A stretch of 32,000 nucleotides of DNA. Origin: Ruminococcus albus 7 = DSM 20455 (GTDB lineage Bacteria > Bacillota > Clostridia > Oscillospirales > Ruminococcaceae). The notes under the pieces are model-generated. The model was not told the DNA's origin. It did no database searches and worked only from the letters and a program-made list of their open reading frames with translations. The translations under genes and the position numbers were made by a program. The stretch lies in assembly GCF_000179635.2 (NCBI RefSeq), contig NC_014833.1, positions 2,970,001 through 3,002,000 of the forward strand, read 5' to 3'. This document shows, piece after piece, positions 1 through 8,106 of this stretch (position 1 is its first letter; each line of letters begins with the position of its first letter).

Positions 1-751
1 GCTTCTGCTGAGTATTGCTGCTGCCGTTGGGTGCAGTGTAGGATATCCAGTCGTACTGTGCAGTAAGGGGCGCTCTGCCATTGTAATGGTTCAGCCATTC
101 ATCAACGCCCTTGCCGTTCCATACGTTCATCATTATCTTGCCGGGTGTCTGTGGGATATCCCTGTAAGCTGTGTATACAGGCTTCTTGTCAACATACCAG
201 GTTATACTGCTTTTGTCCCAGTAGAATCCGTACTGGTGGAAACTCTGCGAAGCATCGAATCCGAGATTGTATACATACTCGTGATTGCCCTGTCCCCTGG
301 TGTAATAGTTGAACTGTACCTGATTGGTGTTCTTTCCCAGGAATTCAATATCTATCTCGTCCCATACAGTGCCGTCCGAAGGTCCTGTGTAGGTGAAGAA
401 CGAGCTTACTACGCCGTCATTCTTGATAGGCTTCATGCTTACATCGTACATACCAAAACCAAAGGTCTTTGTGGTACGGTACTCAGCACCCTTGTAGCCC
501 TGCCAGCTGTTGCCCGTTATGGAAAGATTCATCTTTCCGCCCGAGAACTGTACATTGTTCCTGCTCCAGGTGCAGTCGAACATACCACCGTTTGACCAGC
601 CGTCAGAAGCTTCCATAGTGCCCCACTCGTAGCTGTCAAATCCCGTTCCGAAATAACTTCCGTTGAAACGTTCCGCTGCGCTTGCACTGAGCATCATGCT
701 CGCAGATATGGCTGCAGCTGTCAGAAAACTTACTATCCTCTTTACTTTCAT
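1..751 (-). CDS. Secreted GH16 beta-1,3-1,4-glucanase (lichenase), N-terminal part; the 3' end runs off the window
   Basis: Missing from the ORF track because it is open at the window edge. The reverse-strand ATG at 751-749 is preceded by GGAGGT. My translation reads [78 protein letters not shown].. It shows a signal peptide and the E-I-D-I-E catalytic motif typical of family-16 lichenases. Confidence 0.9.
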   Translation of the reverse strand, partial: MKVKRIVSFLTAAAISASMMLSASAAERFNGSYFGTGFDSYEWGTMEASDGWSNGGMFDCTWSRNNVQFSGGKMNLSITGNSWQGYKGAEYRTTKTFGFGMYDVSMKPIKNDGVVSSFFTYTGPSDGTVWDEIDIEFLGKNTNQVQFNYYTRGQGNHEYVYNLGFDASQSFHQYGFYWDKSSITWYVDKKPVYTAYRDIPQTPGKIMMNVWNGKGVDEWLNHYNGRAPLTAQYDWISYTAPNGSSNTQQK

Positions 752-1057
752 TTCAATTACCTCCATCTGTTAACTGTGCATTCAGCACATTTTTTTTAGT
801 TGATGTTCGGTTTTTCTGTCCCTTATGACAGCTACATTATATCATCGTATTTCTGAAAAATATATTAAAAACATATAAGTTTTTATCAAAAATCGAATAT
901 CCCACAAAAGTTACATTAAGTATTTGATATTTTTTCATTGTTATTTGATATTAAAAAACGAACAAATTCCTGTTAACTACAAATGAACCTCATATTTCCA
1001 AAGCATACATTTTAACTTTTGTAGTGCCATGTCAAACCGACTTTCCAGGTATTTTCA

Positions 1058-1086
1058 TTGACATATCATTCAGCAAATGATATAAT
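1058..1086 (+). promoter_or_regulatory. Sigma-A type promoter for the 1124 gene
   Basis: TTGACA (1058-1063), a 17-nt spacer, then TATAAT (1081-1086) preceded by TGA (extended -10). It lies about 40 nt upstream of the start codon. Confidence 0.5.
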
Positions 1087-1123
1087 ATAACAGTAACAGT
1101 TTATTCTGAAAGGTCGTTATCCG

Positions 1124-2284
1124 ATGCGTCATCATCTGTATAATCCGGATTTCAAATTCATCTCTCCCCCGGAGGATTTCAACAAGTATACCGACAGGGA
1201 GCTTTTGCAGTACTGCCTTGGTGCCACCATGTATATGCCCGGTACTAAGGACTTCACCCCGAAGATACTCAGCGGTGCTATGCCGGGGCTTACCACCGTG
1301 GTGCTGTGCTTTGAAGATGCCTGTCCCGAGGATAGTGTCGAGGCTGCCGAAAAAAATGTCTACCGACTGCTGGATACAGTCGCATTCGCTACCGAACAGG
1401 GCACGCTTTCTCCGGATAAAGTTCCGCTGATATTCGTCAGGATCAGGAATCTTGAACAGTTCAGCCACTTCGCTCAGGGTCTGAACAAGCGCAGATCAAA
1501 AGTGCTGTGCGGCATTAATTTCCCGAAATTCAATTCCGTTAACGGCGAAGGCTACTTCTCACTTCTCAGAGAGCTTAACGAAAAACTCGGTGATATCCTC
1601 TACGGTATGCCCATTATCGAAAGCCCCGAGGTAGCCTATAAGGAAAGCCGCATGACCGAACTGCTCGGTATAAAGAATATCCTCGACAAATACCGCGATC
1701 TGGTACTGCAGGTGCGCGTCGGCGGTACGGATTTTTCGTCGGTATTCGGCGTAAGACGCGGCGTTGACCATTCAATATACGATATACTCACCGTCCGCGA
1801 ATGCCTGTGCGATATAATCAATGTGTGCGGCAGAAATAATGACTACGTCATATCGGGCCCCGTGTGGGAATACTTCCGCGCCCCGAAAGAGCTTATGTTC
1901 GGTGAATTACCTACCCACAGCCTCGATGATTGCCTGCTCAAAAGACAGACTATCGTCAACAGCGAGATCGACGGCCTTCTCCGCGAAGTCATACTCGATA
2001 AAGCCAACGGCTTCATCGGCAGAACAGTCATACACCCCTCCCACGTCAGGTTCGTAAATGCCCTCATGGCTGTCACCAAAGAGGAATACGACGATGCCTG
2101 TATGATACTCGGCAATAAGGCCGGCGGAGTTGTCAAAGGCTCGGGCAGTAATAAAATGAACGAGATCCGCCCCCACACAAACTGGGCAGTAAAAATATAT
2201 ATGAGAGCCCGCGCCTTCGGCGTTATCGAAAATCAACGCGCCTACGTAAAACTCTTCTCCACAACCGACATCGGTCACGTATAA
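1124..2284 (+). CDS. HpcH/HpaI aldolase / citrate lyase beta-subunit (CitE)-like family protein
   Basis: 386-aa ORF with CitE-like fold signatures: LIFVRIRN, PIIESPE, VRVGGTDFS and GFIGRTVIHPSHV (the IHPxQ/H-type motif). The family assignment comes from remembered motifs, not from a search. Confidence 0.6.
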   Translation: MRHHLYNPDFKFISPPEDFNKYTDRELLQYCLGATMYMPGTKDFTPKILSGAMPGLTTVVLCFEDACPEDSVEAAEKNVYRLLDTVAFATEQGTLSPDKVPLIFVRIRNLEQFSHFAQGLNKRRSKVLCGINFPKFNSVNGEGYFSLLRELNEKLGDILYGMPIIESPEVAYKESRMTELLGIKNILDKYRDLVLQVRVGGTDFSSVFGVRRGVDHSIYDILTVRECLCDIINVCGRNNDYVISGPVWEYFRAPKELMFGELPTHSLDDCLLKRQTIVNSEIDGLLREVILDKANGFIGRTVIHPSHVRFVNALMAVTKEEYDDACMILGNKAGGVVKGSGSNKMNEIRPHTNWAVKIYMRARAFGVIENQRAYVKLFSTTDIGHV

Positions 2285-2294
2285 CATACAATAG

Positions 2295-2600
2295 TCACTC
2301 CCGCAGAGGGTGGGTGTCCATATAGAACGTTTGTGATAATTATTGAGGGAAACCCTTTTGAAAAAGGGTTTCCCTCAAACTCCTTTCCGAAAACTTTTAA
2401 CTCTATTTGGCAGGGGCAGCTATACTATTATAGCACAACAAAAAGCAGACATTCTCTGTTCTTTGAGAGAATGTCTGCCCCTGCCAAATAGAAATAGAAG
2501 TCTTTGGAAAGAGGTCTGGAGGATAACCTTTCTTCAGAAAGGTTTCCTCCAGTAGTTACCACAAATATTCTGTATAAGCACCCACCCTCTGCGGGAGTGA
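2295..2600. repeat. 306-bp near-symmetric compound palindrome, acting as a MITE-like or bidirectional-terminator module
   Basis: Perfect 22-bp outer inverted repeat: TCACTCCCGCAGAGGGTGGGTG (2295-2316) pairs with 2579-2600. Perfect 18-bp inner inverted repeat: 2402-2419 pairs with 2475-2492. The arms are about 75% complementary in between. Local hairpins sit at 2343-2378, 2445-2478 and 2516-2552. The element fills almost the whole gap between two convergent genes. Confidence 0.75.
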
Positions 2601-2611
2601 TCATTTATAAG

Positions 2612-3295
2612 TTACACCTGCGAGCCGGACATACCGCTGCCGCTTGCGAAAAGCTGCACCCAGTAGAGAGTACCGTTGCCGTCGCGGTAAACGCCTACGC
2701 CAAGATACTTCTTATTGGCATCAAGTATACTTGAACGGTGGGGAGCGGAATTCATGAAGCCGTTGAAAGCGCTTTTTGGCGAATCCTGACCATAGGCTAT
2801 GTTCTCACCTGCTGAAGTAATACTTATACCGTATTCGGGCAGCACCGTGAAGCAATCCCTGCCGTCGGGTCTTTTGTGGTCAAACACCTTTGAGATCTCC
2901 TGTGCTCTCTTTGAGGCAGCAGCGCTCAGCTCGGATGAATAAACATAAGCAGTCAATCCGCGTGATCTGCGCTCATTGTTCACAAGCACAGCCAGTTCTT
3001 TAGCAAGCTGACTCATAGTGGTCTCACGGGCTTTTGTACCGCCCTTGACGTATGAAGCCAGCATGGATATATCCGTGACATTCACTCTGCCGTCGCGATT
3101 AAGATCGGCTGAGGAAACAACACTTGTATATATCGCCTTTTTGCCCTTGATATAGGCTGAAAGCATCGACAGATCCGTTACATTTACTTTTCCGTCCAGA
3201 TTGATATCTACCTTGCCGTATGTCGCAGCGCTCGCCGAAATGCACCCGACACTCATAACTGCCGCAGCAGCTAATGCGATGATCTTCTTTACCAT
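2612..3295 (-). CDS. Secreted dockerin-containing CAP/SCP (PR-1-like) domain protein
   Basis: Signal peptide MVKKIIALAAAAVMSVGCISASA. Two dockerin Ca-binding repeats: DINLDGKVNVTDLSMLSAYIKG and DLNRDGRVNVTDISMLASYVKG. The C-terminal half resembles CAP/YkwD (..AENIAYG..GFMNSAPHRSSIL..YLGVGVY..). RBS AGGAGG upstream. Confidence 0.85.
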   Translation of the reverse strand: MVKKIIALAAAAVMSVGCISASAATYGKVDINLDGKVNVTDLSMLSAYIKGKKAIYTSVVSSADLNRDGRVNVTDISMLASYVKGGTKARETTMSQLAKELAVLVNNERRSRGLTAYVYSSELSAAASKRAQEISKVFDHKRPDGRDCFTVLPEYGISITSAGENIAYGQDSPKSAFNGFMNSAPHRSSILDANKKYLGVGVYRDGNGTLYWVQLFASGSGMSGSQV

Positions 3296-4029
3296 TACTA
3301 TCCTCCTGTCAGATCTTCTCTGTTCATAATTGCGGCTGTTTTCTGTATAAATTTATACATAATTAACAGCATCGCATTCCCTTTCATGCGGATATTATAC
3401 CATATTACACAACATATATAAACAAATGTAAATGAATCAACTGTTAATATATGTAATTTAACTTTTAGTACACCCTTTATTACACTGTCATCGTTTTCGC
3501 ATCCAAATTCTTTGTCAGAACATACATATTACGTGCCTCATCATTGTGCAAACAAATGATTTTATTTTTAACTCGGACATATTTCTGCAAAAGTTGTACA
3601 AAAACGTACAACTTTTCGACCAAAATCGCTGATAGTAGAAAGGCATAAATTTTTAATGCCCGACAAACAGAACGAAGCCACCGCCGACACTACGATGCCC
3701 GACCGAGATACTGACCGAGTTTGCGAAGCGTGAAACGATGTAAACGCAGCCGACACTATCGCCATCGGGGTACGTGAGTGCGGATGTTGGATAAAGCTTC
3801 GTTACCTGATATTTCTACCGCTTATGCGCACGATGGCAGGCAGCGCCGAATATGACTACGGGATATGAGGTGCGTGTCATACTGTATAACCGGAGAAAGT
3901 CCTCAGCATCTTGACAATACTCGCGGTATCGACCCGATCATCCGCGAGCCCATATATATTTTTACGCCATAACGATAACTGCTTATTTATTGTGTTGAAC
4001 AGCCGTCATTCAGGAAAACAAAAATATTT

Positions 4030-4188
4030 ATGGCTATCCCTTTAACACACCACCACAAAATGCTATATAACAATGGATCAACTTGTTTATGTTATCCTTC
4101 CCCCGCCTGCGGCGGGGGAAGGATAACCGCCGTGTATGTCCGTTTCAGTATTACACGGATCAAGTTGGTGTGTCAGCAGGATAACCGA
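4030..4188. mobile_element. MITE-like non-autonomous element, copy 1 (inverted relative to copy 2)
   Basis: The left end ATGGCTATCCCTTTAACACACCACCACAAAATGCTATATAA matches both ends of the 12304-12514 element. It has a degenerate right inverted repeat (..GGTGTGTCAGCAGGATAACCG) and an internal perfect palindrome TTATCCTTCCCCCGCC-TGC-GGCGGGGGAAGGATAA (4092-4126). It is flanked by the direct repeat AAAAATATTT (4020-4029 and 4189-4198). Confidence 0.6.
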
Positions 4189-4209
4189 AAAAATATTTTT
4201 ATCCCCCCC

Positions 4210-4238
4210 TTGACAAGCGAATGGAAAAGTGCTATAAT
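4210..4238 (+). promoter_or_regulatory. Consensus sigma-A promoter of the T-box/asnS transcription unit
   Basis: TTGACA (4210-4215), a 17-nt spacer, then TATAAT (4233-4238). Confidence 0.6.
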
Positions 4239-4244
4239 GTACAC

Positions 4245-4523
4245 AATATTTTTGAAACGCTATGACCGGGAGAAGTAACTCTGGTATTCACTCACAGAGA
4301 GCGCGGGAGAGGTGTGAGCCGCGCAGCAGAGCCTTTGTGAATAACACCCGTGAGCGGCAGACCCAACGGCATTCTGCCAAGTAGGAAAGACGTGTTCCTC
4401 ACGTTATGAGGATAAGAGTGACAACGCTCGGATACTTTTTTTAAGCTTTTGAGCGCTTGTAAATTCAGGTGGTACCGCGAAGTCTATGGCTTTCGTCCTG
4501 TTATCGGGACGGGAGCCTTTTTT
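4245..4523 (+). promoter_or_regulatory. T-box riboswitch leader, asparagine specifier
   Basis: Conserved T-box sequence GGTGGTACCGCG at 4468-4479. It is followed by an intrinsic terminator (GGCTTTCGTCC 4488-4498 pairing with GGACGGGAGCC 4507-4517, then TTTTTT). An AGAGAG/GGTGTGA-type stem I region lies at about 4296-4320. The candidate specifier loop GAAUAACA (4339-4346) offers AAU or AAC, both Asn codons, which fits the downstream asnS. Confidence 0.8.
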
Positions 4524-4671
4524 AATTCATAATTCATAACACTAAAAGCGAAGCGTTAGTGTGTTCATTAATTGTGTTGACAGGGTCGCGGAGCGTCAAG
4601 GCTTCCCGAGCGTGAGGGTTTTGGTGTGCACAACATCAGCAAAGCTGACGTTTGGGGTATGGGGGTTTTAT

Positions 4672-4908
4672 ATGAACGATACCGATAATAACAATAATAT
4701 AAAGTGCCTGCGGTGCGGTACAGAGATGATAGAAGCAATTTTTGAAACATATACATATATGGGATCGCAGCCCATAGTTAAGCGCACGCGAAAAGGCATT
4801 CTTTCAGCACCTGTGCAATCGGGAGTGAATTGTCTGGTCTGCCGTAAATGCGGCTATATAGAACTCCGCGCAGCTGAACCACATAAACTAAAATTCCGAA
4901 CGGAATGA
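4672..4908 (+). CDS. Small zinc-ribbon protein (78 aa) with an Asn-rich N-terminus
   Basis: ATG at 4672 preceded by GGGGG. Two CxxC pairs: CLRCG and CRKCG. The N-terminus is MNDTDNNNNIK. The ORF lies between the T-box terminator and asnS. The longer GTG-initiated version in the ORF track has no RBS. Confidence 0.55.
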   Translation: MNDTDNNNNIKCLRCGTEMIEAIFETYTYMGSQPIVKRTRKGILSAPVQSGVNCLVCRKCGYIELRAAEPHKLKFRTE

Positions 4909-4950
4909 TCTAAAAGAATTTAATTTTCATAGAGAAAGGAAAAGATCATC

Positions 4951-6324
4951 ATGAAACATATCGACATTAAGGAAGTACTTACAAACAAGGAACTTATCGG
5001 ACAGCAGGTAACAGTCTGCGGTTGGGTAAGAACATCAAGAAATTCTAAGAACGTGGCTTTCGTTGAACTCAACGACGGCACATCACTGAAAAATATCCAG
5101 ATAGTTATCGACAAGGCTGACGACCCCGATTATAAGGATATCCCCCGTGTGGGCTGTTCCCTGAAAGTTACGGGCGCACTTGTTGAAGGCAGAAACGCTG
5201 CCGAGATAAATGTTACCCCCGCAGATATCACTCTGCTGGGCGACTGCCCTCAGGATTATCCTCTGCAGAAGAAGGGTCACACCCTTGAATTTCTGCGTAC
5301 AATGCCCCACCTCCGCGGCAGAACAAACACCTTCAACGCAGTTATGAGGATACGTTCCGTACTGGCACAGGCTATACATCAGTATTATCAGGAAAGAAAC
5401 TTCGTTTACGTCAACACTCCTCTGATAACAGGTTCTGACTGTGAGGGCGCAGGCGAGATGTTCCGCGTAACAACCATAGGTTACTCCACCGAGTACAAGA
5501 CCGAGGACGATTACGATGCAGCTGATTTCTTCGGCAGAAGAGCAGGACTTTCCGTTTCCGGTCAGCTTGAGGGCGAAATGGCTGCTACCGCTATGGGTAA
5601 GATATACACCTTCGGACCCTCTTTCAGAGCAGAGAACTCCAACACCCCCAAGCACCTTGCTGAGTTCTGGCACGTTGAGCCCGAGATAGCTTTCGCTGAA
5701 CTGGAAGACGTTATCGAGGTAGCCGAGGATATGGTAAAGCACGTTATCGGTACCGTACTTGAAAAGTGCCCCGATGAGATAGCTTTCTTTGACGCACACT
5801 TTGAAAAGGGTCTGAAAGCAAGACTTGAAGAACTCATCAGCCACGAATTCGGCAGAGTTACTTATACTGAGGCTATCGAACTGCTGAAAAAGTCTGGCGA
5901 GAAGTTCGTATATCCCGTTGACTGGGGCTGCGACCTCCAGACCGAGCACGAGAGATACCTCTCCGAAAAGGTATTCAAGAAGGCTGTATTCGTTACCGAT
6001 TACCCCAAGGATATCAAGAGCTTCTACATGAAGCAGAACCCCGACGGCAAGACCGTTGCAGCAGTTGACCTTCTTGTTCCCGGCGTCGGCGAGATAATCG
6101 GCGGCAGCGAGAGAGAGGCTGATTACGATAAGCTCATCGCCGCTATGAAGGAGAGAAATATGAACCTCGACCTGTACAGCGATTACCTCGACCTGAGAAA
6201 GTTCGGTACCGTTCCCCACGGCGGCTTCGGTCTGGGCTTTGAAAGACTTATCATGTACGTAACAGGCGTACAGAACATCAGAGACGTAATTATGTTCCCC
6301 AGAACTGTTGGTTCTATCAGATAA
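4951..6324 (+). CDS. asnS: Asparagine--tRNA ligase
   Basis: 457 aa with an N-terminal OB anticodon-binding domain (VCGWVRTSR) and class IIb motifs (FRAENSNTPKHLAEFWHVEPE, GGFGLGFERL). RBS AAAGGAAAAG upstream. Confidence 0.97.
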   Translation: MKHIDIKEVLTNKELIGQQVTVCGWVRTSRNSKNVAFVELNDGTSLKNIQIVIDKADDPDYKDIPRVGCSLKVTGALVEGRNAAEINVTPADITLLGDCPQDYPLQKKGHTLEFLRTMPHLRGRTNTFNAVMRIRSVLAQAIHQYYQERNFVYVNTPLITGSDCEGAGEMFRVTTIGYSTEYKTEDDYDAADFFGRRAGLSVSGQLEGEMAATAMGKIYTFGPSFRAENSNTPKHLAEFWHVEPEIAFAELEDVIEVAEDMVKHVIGTVLEKCPDEIAFFDAHFEKGLKARLEELISHEFGRVTYTEAIELLKKSGEKFVYPVDWGCDLQTEHERYLSEKVFKKAVFVTDYPKDIKSFYMKQNPDGKTVAAVDLLVPGVGEIIGGSEREADYDKLIAAMKERNMNLDLYSDYLDLRKFGTVPHGGFGLGFERLIMYVTGVQNIRDVIMFPRTVGSIR

Positions 6325-6327
6325 TAA

Positions 6328-6888
6328 ATGGAACGTATCATGCCTGTTCTGCTTGGGCTGATAATATTTGTGCTGCCCTTTGCAATTATGAGATATCACC
6401 GTTACAGTGCTGACAAAAAATGCCTGCGAAAGCTGGATATGCGCATCAAAGACGAACTTATATCCTCGGAGAACAGAGGTGCGATAGACCCGCCCGTCAT
6501 GGCGATGATAAAGGGGCATATCGTGAAAATCAGATTGCTGTGGTGCGGGATAGCGCTGGCAATATTCGGTTTTTCCGCAATTATGTGGGATCTCCTTCTT
6601 GTATTTGGCGCTTTACCGATCTGTGCCGCAGCGATAGCTGATATGCTCTGCCGCCTGTTCAGGCTGAGAGATGTATCAAGTCTTATGAAAGTAAAAGCCT
6701 TTGTTTTCAGGAGCAGGAGCACCGATGCCGCCGCAGTTTATTACGATATGCAAAGGCTGGGATACTTCATTTTTGCTCAGAACACAACATTCGTCAGCGG
6801 AACTAAAGCTGAAGCAGGAAGATATGTGAATCTTATAGTCAGGCGGAGCAAGAAAAGATATCATCCCGTGATGATACTTGATTTTTAA
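6328..6888 (+). CDS. Hypothetical membrane protein
   Basis: 186-aa ORF starting 4 nt after the asnS stop. It has about three hydrophobic helices (PVLLGLIIFVLPFAI, LLWCGIALAIFGFSAIMWDLLLVFGALPICAAAIA). I recognise no family and see no clear SD, so the start is uncertain. Confidence 0.55.
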   Translation: MERIMPVLLGLIIFVLPFAIMRYHRYSADKKCLRKLDMRIKDELISSENRGAIDPPVMAMIKGHIVKIRLLWCGIALAIFGFSAIMWDLLLVFGALPICAAAIADMLCRLFRLRDVSSLMKVKAFVFRSRSTDAAAVYYDMQRLGYFIFAQNTTFVSGTKAEAGRYVNLIVRRSKKRYHPVMILDF

Positions 6889-6976
6889 AATGAATGAGGA
6901 TATGATATATCCTGCAAAAGATATCCGCGATTATACATTAAAAATAAGATAAGACGGAAAAATCGAGCAAAACCTC

Positions 6977-7005
6977 TTGACATTTATGCAGTTTTAGTGT
7001 ATACT
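6977..7005 (+). promoter_or_regulatory. Candidate promoter of asnA
   Basis: TTGACA (6977-6982), a 17-nt spacer, then TATACT (7000-7005). Confidence 0.45.
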
Positions 7006-7027
7006 TAATGCATAGTTTAGGAACAAG

Positions 7028-7070
7028 GACGTTCCGGTCGCTGAGGCGGTCGGAGCGTCTTTTCGTTTTT
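7028..7070 (+). terminator. Intrinsic terminator-like hairpin in the asnA 5' leader (candidate attenuator)
   Basis: A 14-bp stem including G-U pairs: GACGTTCCGGTCGC (7028-7041), loop TGAG, GCGGTCGGAGCGTC (7046-7059), then TTTTCGTTTTT. It lies between the candidate promoter and the asnA RBS. Confidence 0.5.
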
Positions 7071-7095
7071 GTAAGTTTTGAAAGGTAGTGAACTT

Positions 7096-8106
7096 ATGTC
7101 AAAATCACTTTATCTGCCTGAGGGCTATACCTCGGCACTGTCGCTGAGAGAAACTCAGCACGCTATCAAGTACATAAAAGATGTATTCCAGCAGGCACTT
7201 TCCATACAGCTTATGCTGGACAGAGTATCCGCACCCCTTATTGTAAGACAAGGCAGCGGTATAAACGACGACCTCAACGGCGTTGAGCGCAAGGTTGATT
7301 TCGATATCAAGGAGATCGAAGGCAAGGCTGAGGTAGTACAGTCACTGGCTAAGTGGAAGAGAATGGCTCTCTACCGCTACGGATATCAGGCAGGCGAGGG
7401 CATATACACCGATATGAACGCTATCCGCCGCGATGACGATACCGACAACCTCCACTCCATTTTCGTTGACCAGTGGGACTGGGAAAAGGTCATCAGACGT
7501 GACCAGCGCACCGAGGATTTCCTGAAAGATACCGTTAAGTGCGTAGTCAAGGCGATAGTATACACCAAGAGAAAGGTCAGCCTGAGATATCCCCAGCTGA
7601 AAAACACAGTAAGCGAAGACGTATTCTTTGTGACCACACAGGAACTTGAAGATATGTACCCCGACAAGACCTCCAAGGAGAGAGAAAGACTCATCACCAA
7701 GGAGCATGGTACAGTATTCATAATGAAGATAGGCGGCAAGCTGAAGAGCGGAGAAAAGCACGACGGCAGAGCCCCCGACTACGATGACTGGTCACTGAAC
7801 GGCGATATCTTCTTCTGGAACGAGGTACTTGACAACGCTATCGAGATATCCTCTATGGGTATCCGTGTTGATGAAAAGTCACTGGCTTCACAGCTGAAAG
7901 AAGCAGGCGCTGAGGACAGGATGCAGTATGACTATCACAAGATGATAGCAAACGGCACACTTCCCCTGACCATAGGCGGCGGTATCGGTCAGTCCAGACT
8001 TTGTATGCTTCTGCTTGAAAAGGCACACATCGGTGAGGTACAGTCCAGCATCTGGCCTGAGGATATGATAGAAAAGTGCGCAGAAAAAGGCATAACCCTC
8101 CTCTAG
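7096..8106 (+). CDS. asnA: Aspartate--ammonia ligase (asparagine synthetase A)
   Basis: 336 aa counted from the ATG at 7096 (RBS AAAGG). It resembles AsnA end to end: ..LSLRETQHAIKYIKD..SAPLIV..GINDDLNG..QWDWEKVI..GGGIGQSRLCMLLL.. Confidence 0.93.
   Translation: MSKSLYLPEGYTSALSLRETQHAIKYIKDVFQQALSIQLMLDRVSAPLIVRQGSGINDDLNGVERKVDFDIKEIEGKAEVVQSLAKWKRMALYRYGYQAGEGIYTDMNAIRRDDDTDNLHSIFVDQWDWEKVIRRDQRTEDFLKDTVKCVVKAIVYTKRKVSLRYPQLKNTVSEDVFFVTTQELEDMYPDKTSKERERLITKEHGTVFIMKIGGKLKSGEKHDGRAPDYDDWSLNGDIFFWNEVLDNAIEISSMGIRVDEKSLASQLKEAGAEDRMQYDYHKMIANGTLPLTIGGGIGQSRLCMLLLEKAHIGEVQSSIWPEDMIEKCAEKGITLL

Noticed and set aside
2343-2734. Track ORFs 2343-2555 and 2504-2734 in the convergent intergenic gap
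   Set aside because: They lie within the compound palindrome, and the second is antisense to the dockerin gene's 3' end. They have no SD, and their sequences are dictated by hairpin arms.
3893-3905. GGAGAAAGTCCTC resembling the GAGGAAAGUCC core of RNase P RNA, plus ACAGAAC at 3667
   Set aside because: The motifs are in the wrong order for RNase P on this strand. The match is imperfect and none of the other conserved regions is visible nearby.
4030-4278. 82-aa ORF at 4030-4278 and 68-aa ORF at 12304-12510 with similar N-termini (MAIPLTHHHK / MAVPLAHHYK)
   Set aside because: The similarity arises only because both begin in the terminal inverted repeat of the same MITE-like element. There is no RBS, and the ORFs run across a palindrome and, for the first, across a promoter. 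Downstream the sequences diverge.
5083-6519. 478-aa ORF antisense to asnS
   Set aside because: It is fully antisense to a confidently identified aaRS gene, has no RBS, and its product has no recognisable motifs. Long antisense ORFs are expected opposite genes with this codon bias. The same reasoning rejects 86-595 (+), 9580-10269 (-), 10725-11261 (-), 11522-12322 (-), 12729-13205 (-), 13462-14217 (-), 14266-14994 (-), 15276-15818 (+), 16128-16613 (+), 19471-20538 (+), 20936-21628 (-), 22538-23020 (-), 24562-25116 (+), 25983-26888 (+), 26635-27216 (+), 27832-28569 (+), 29816-30325 (+) and 30655-31410 (+).
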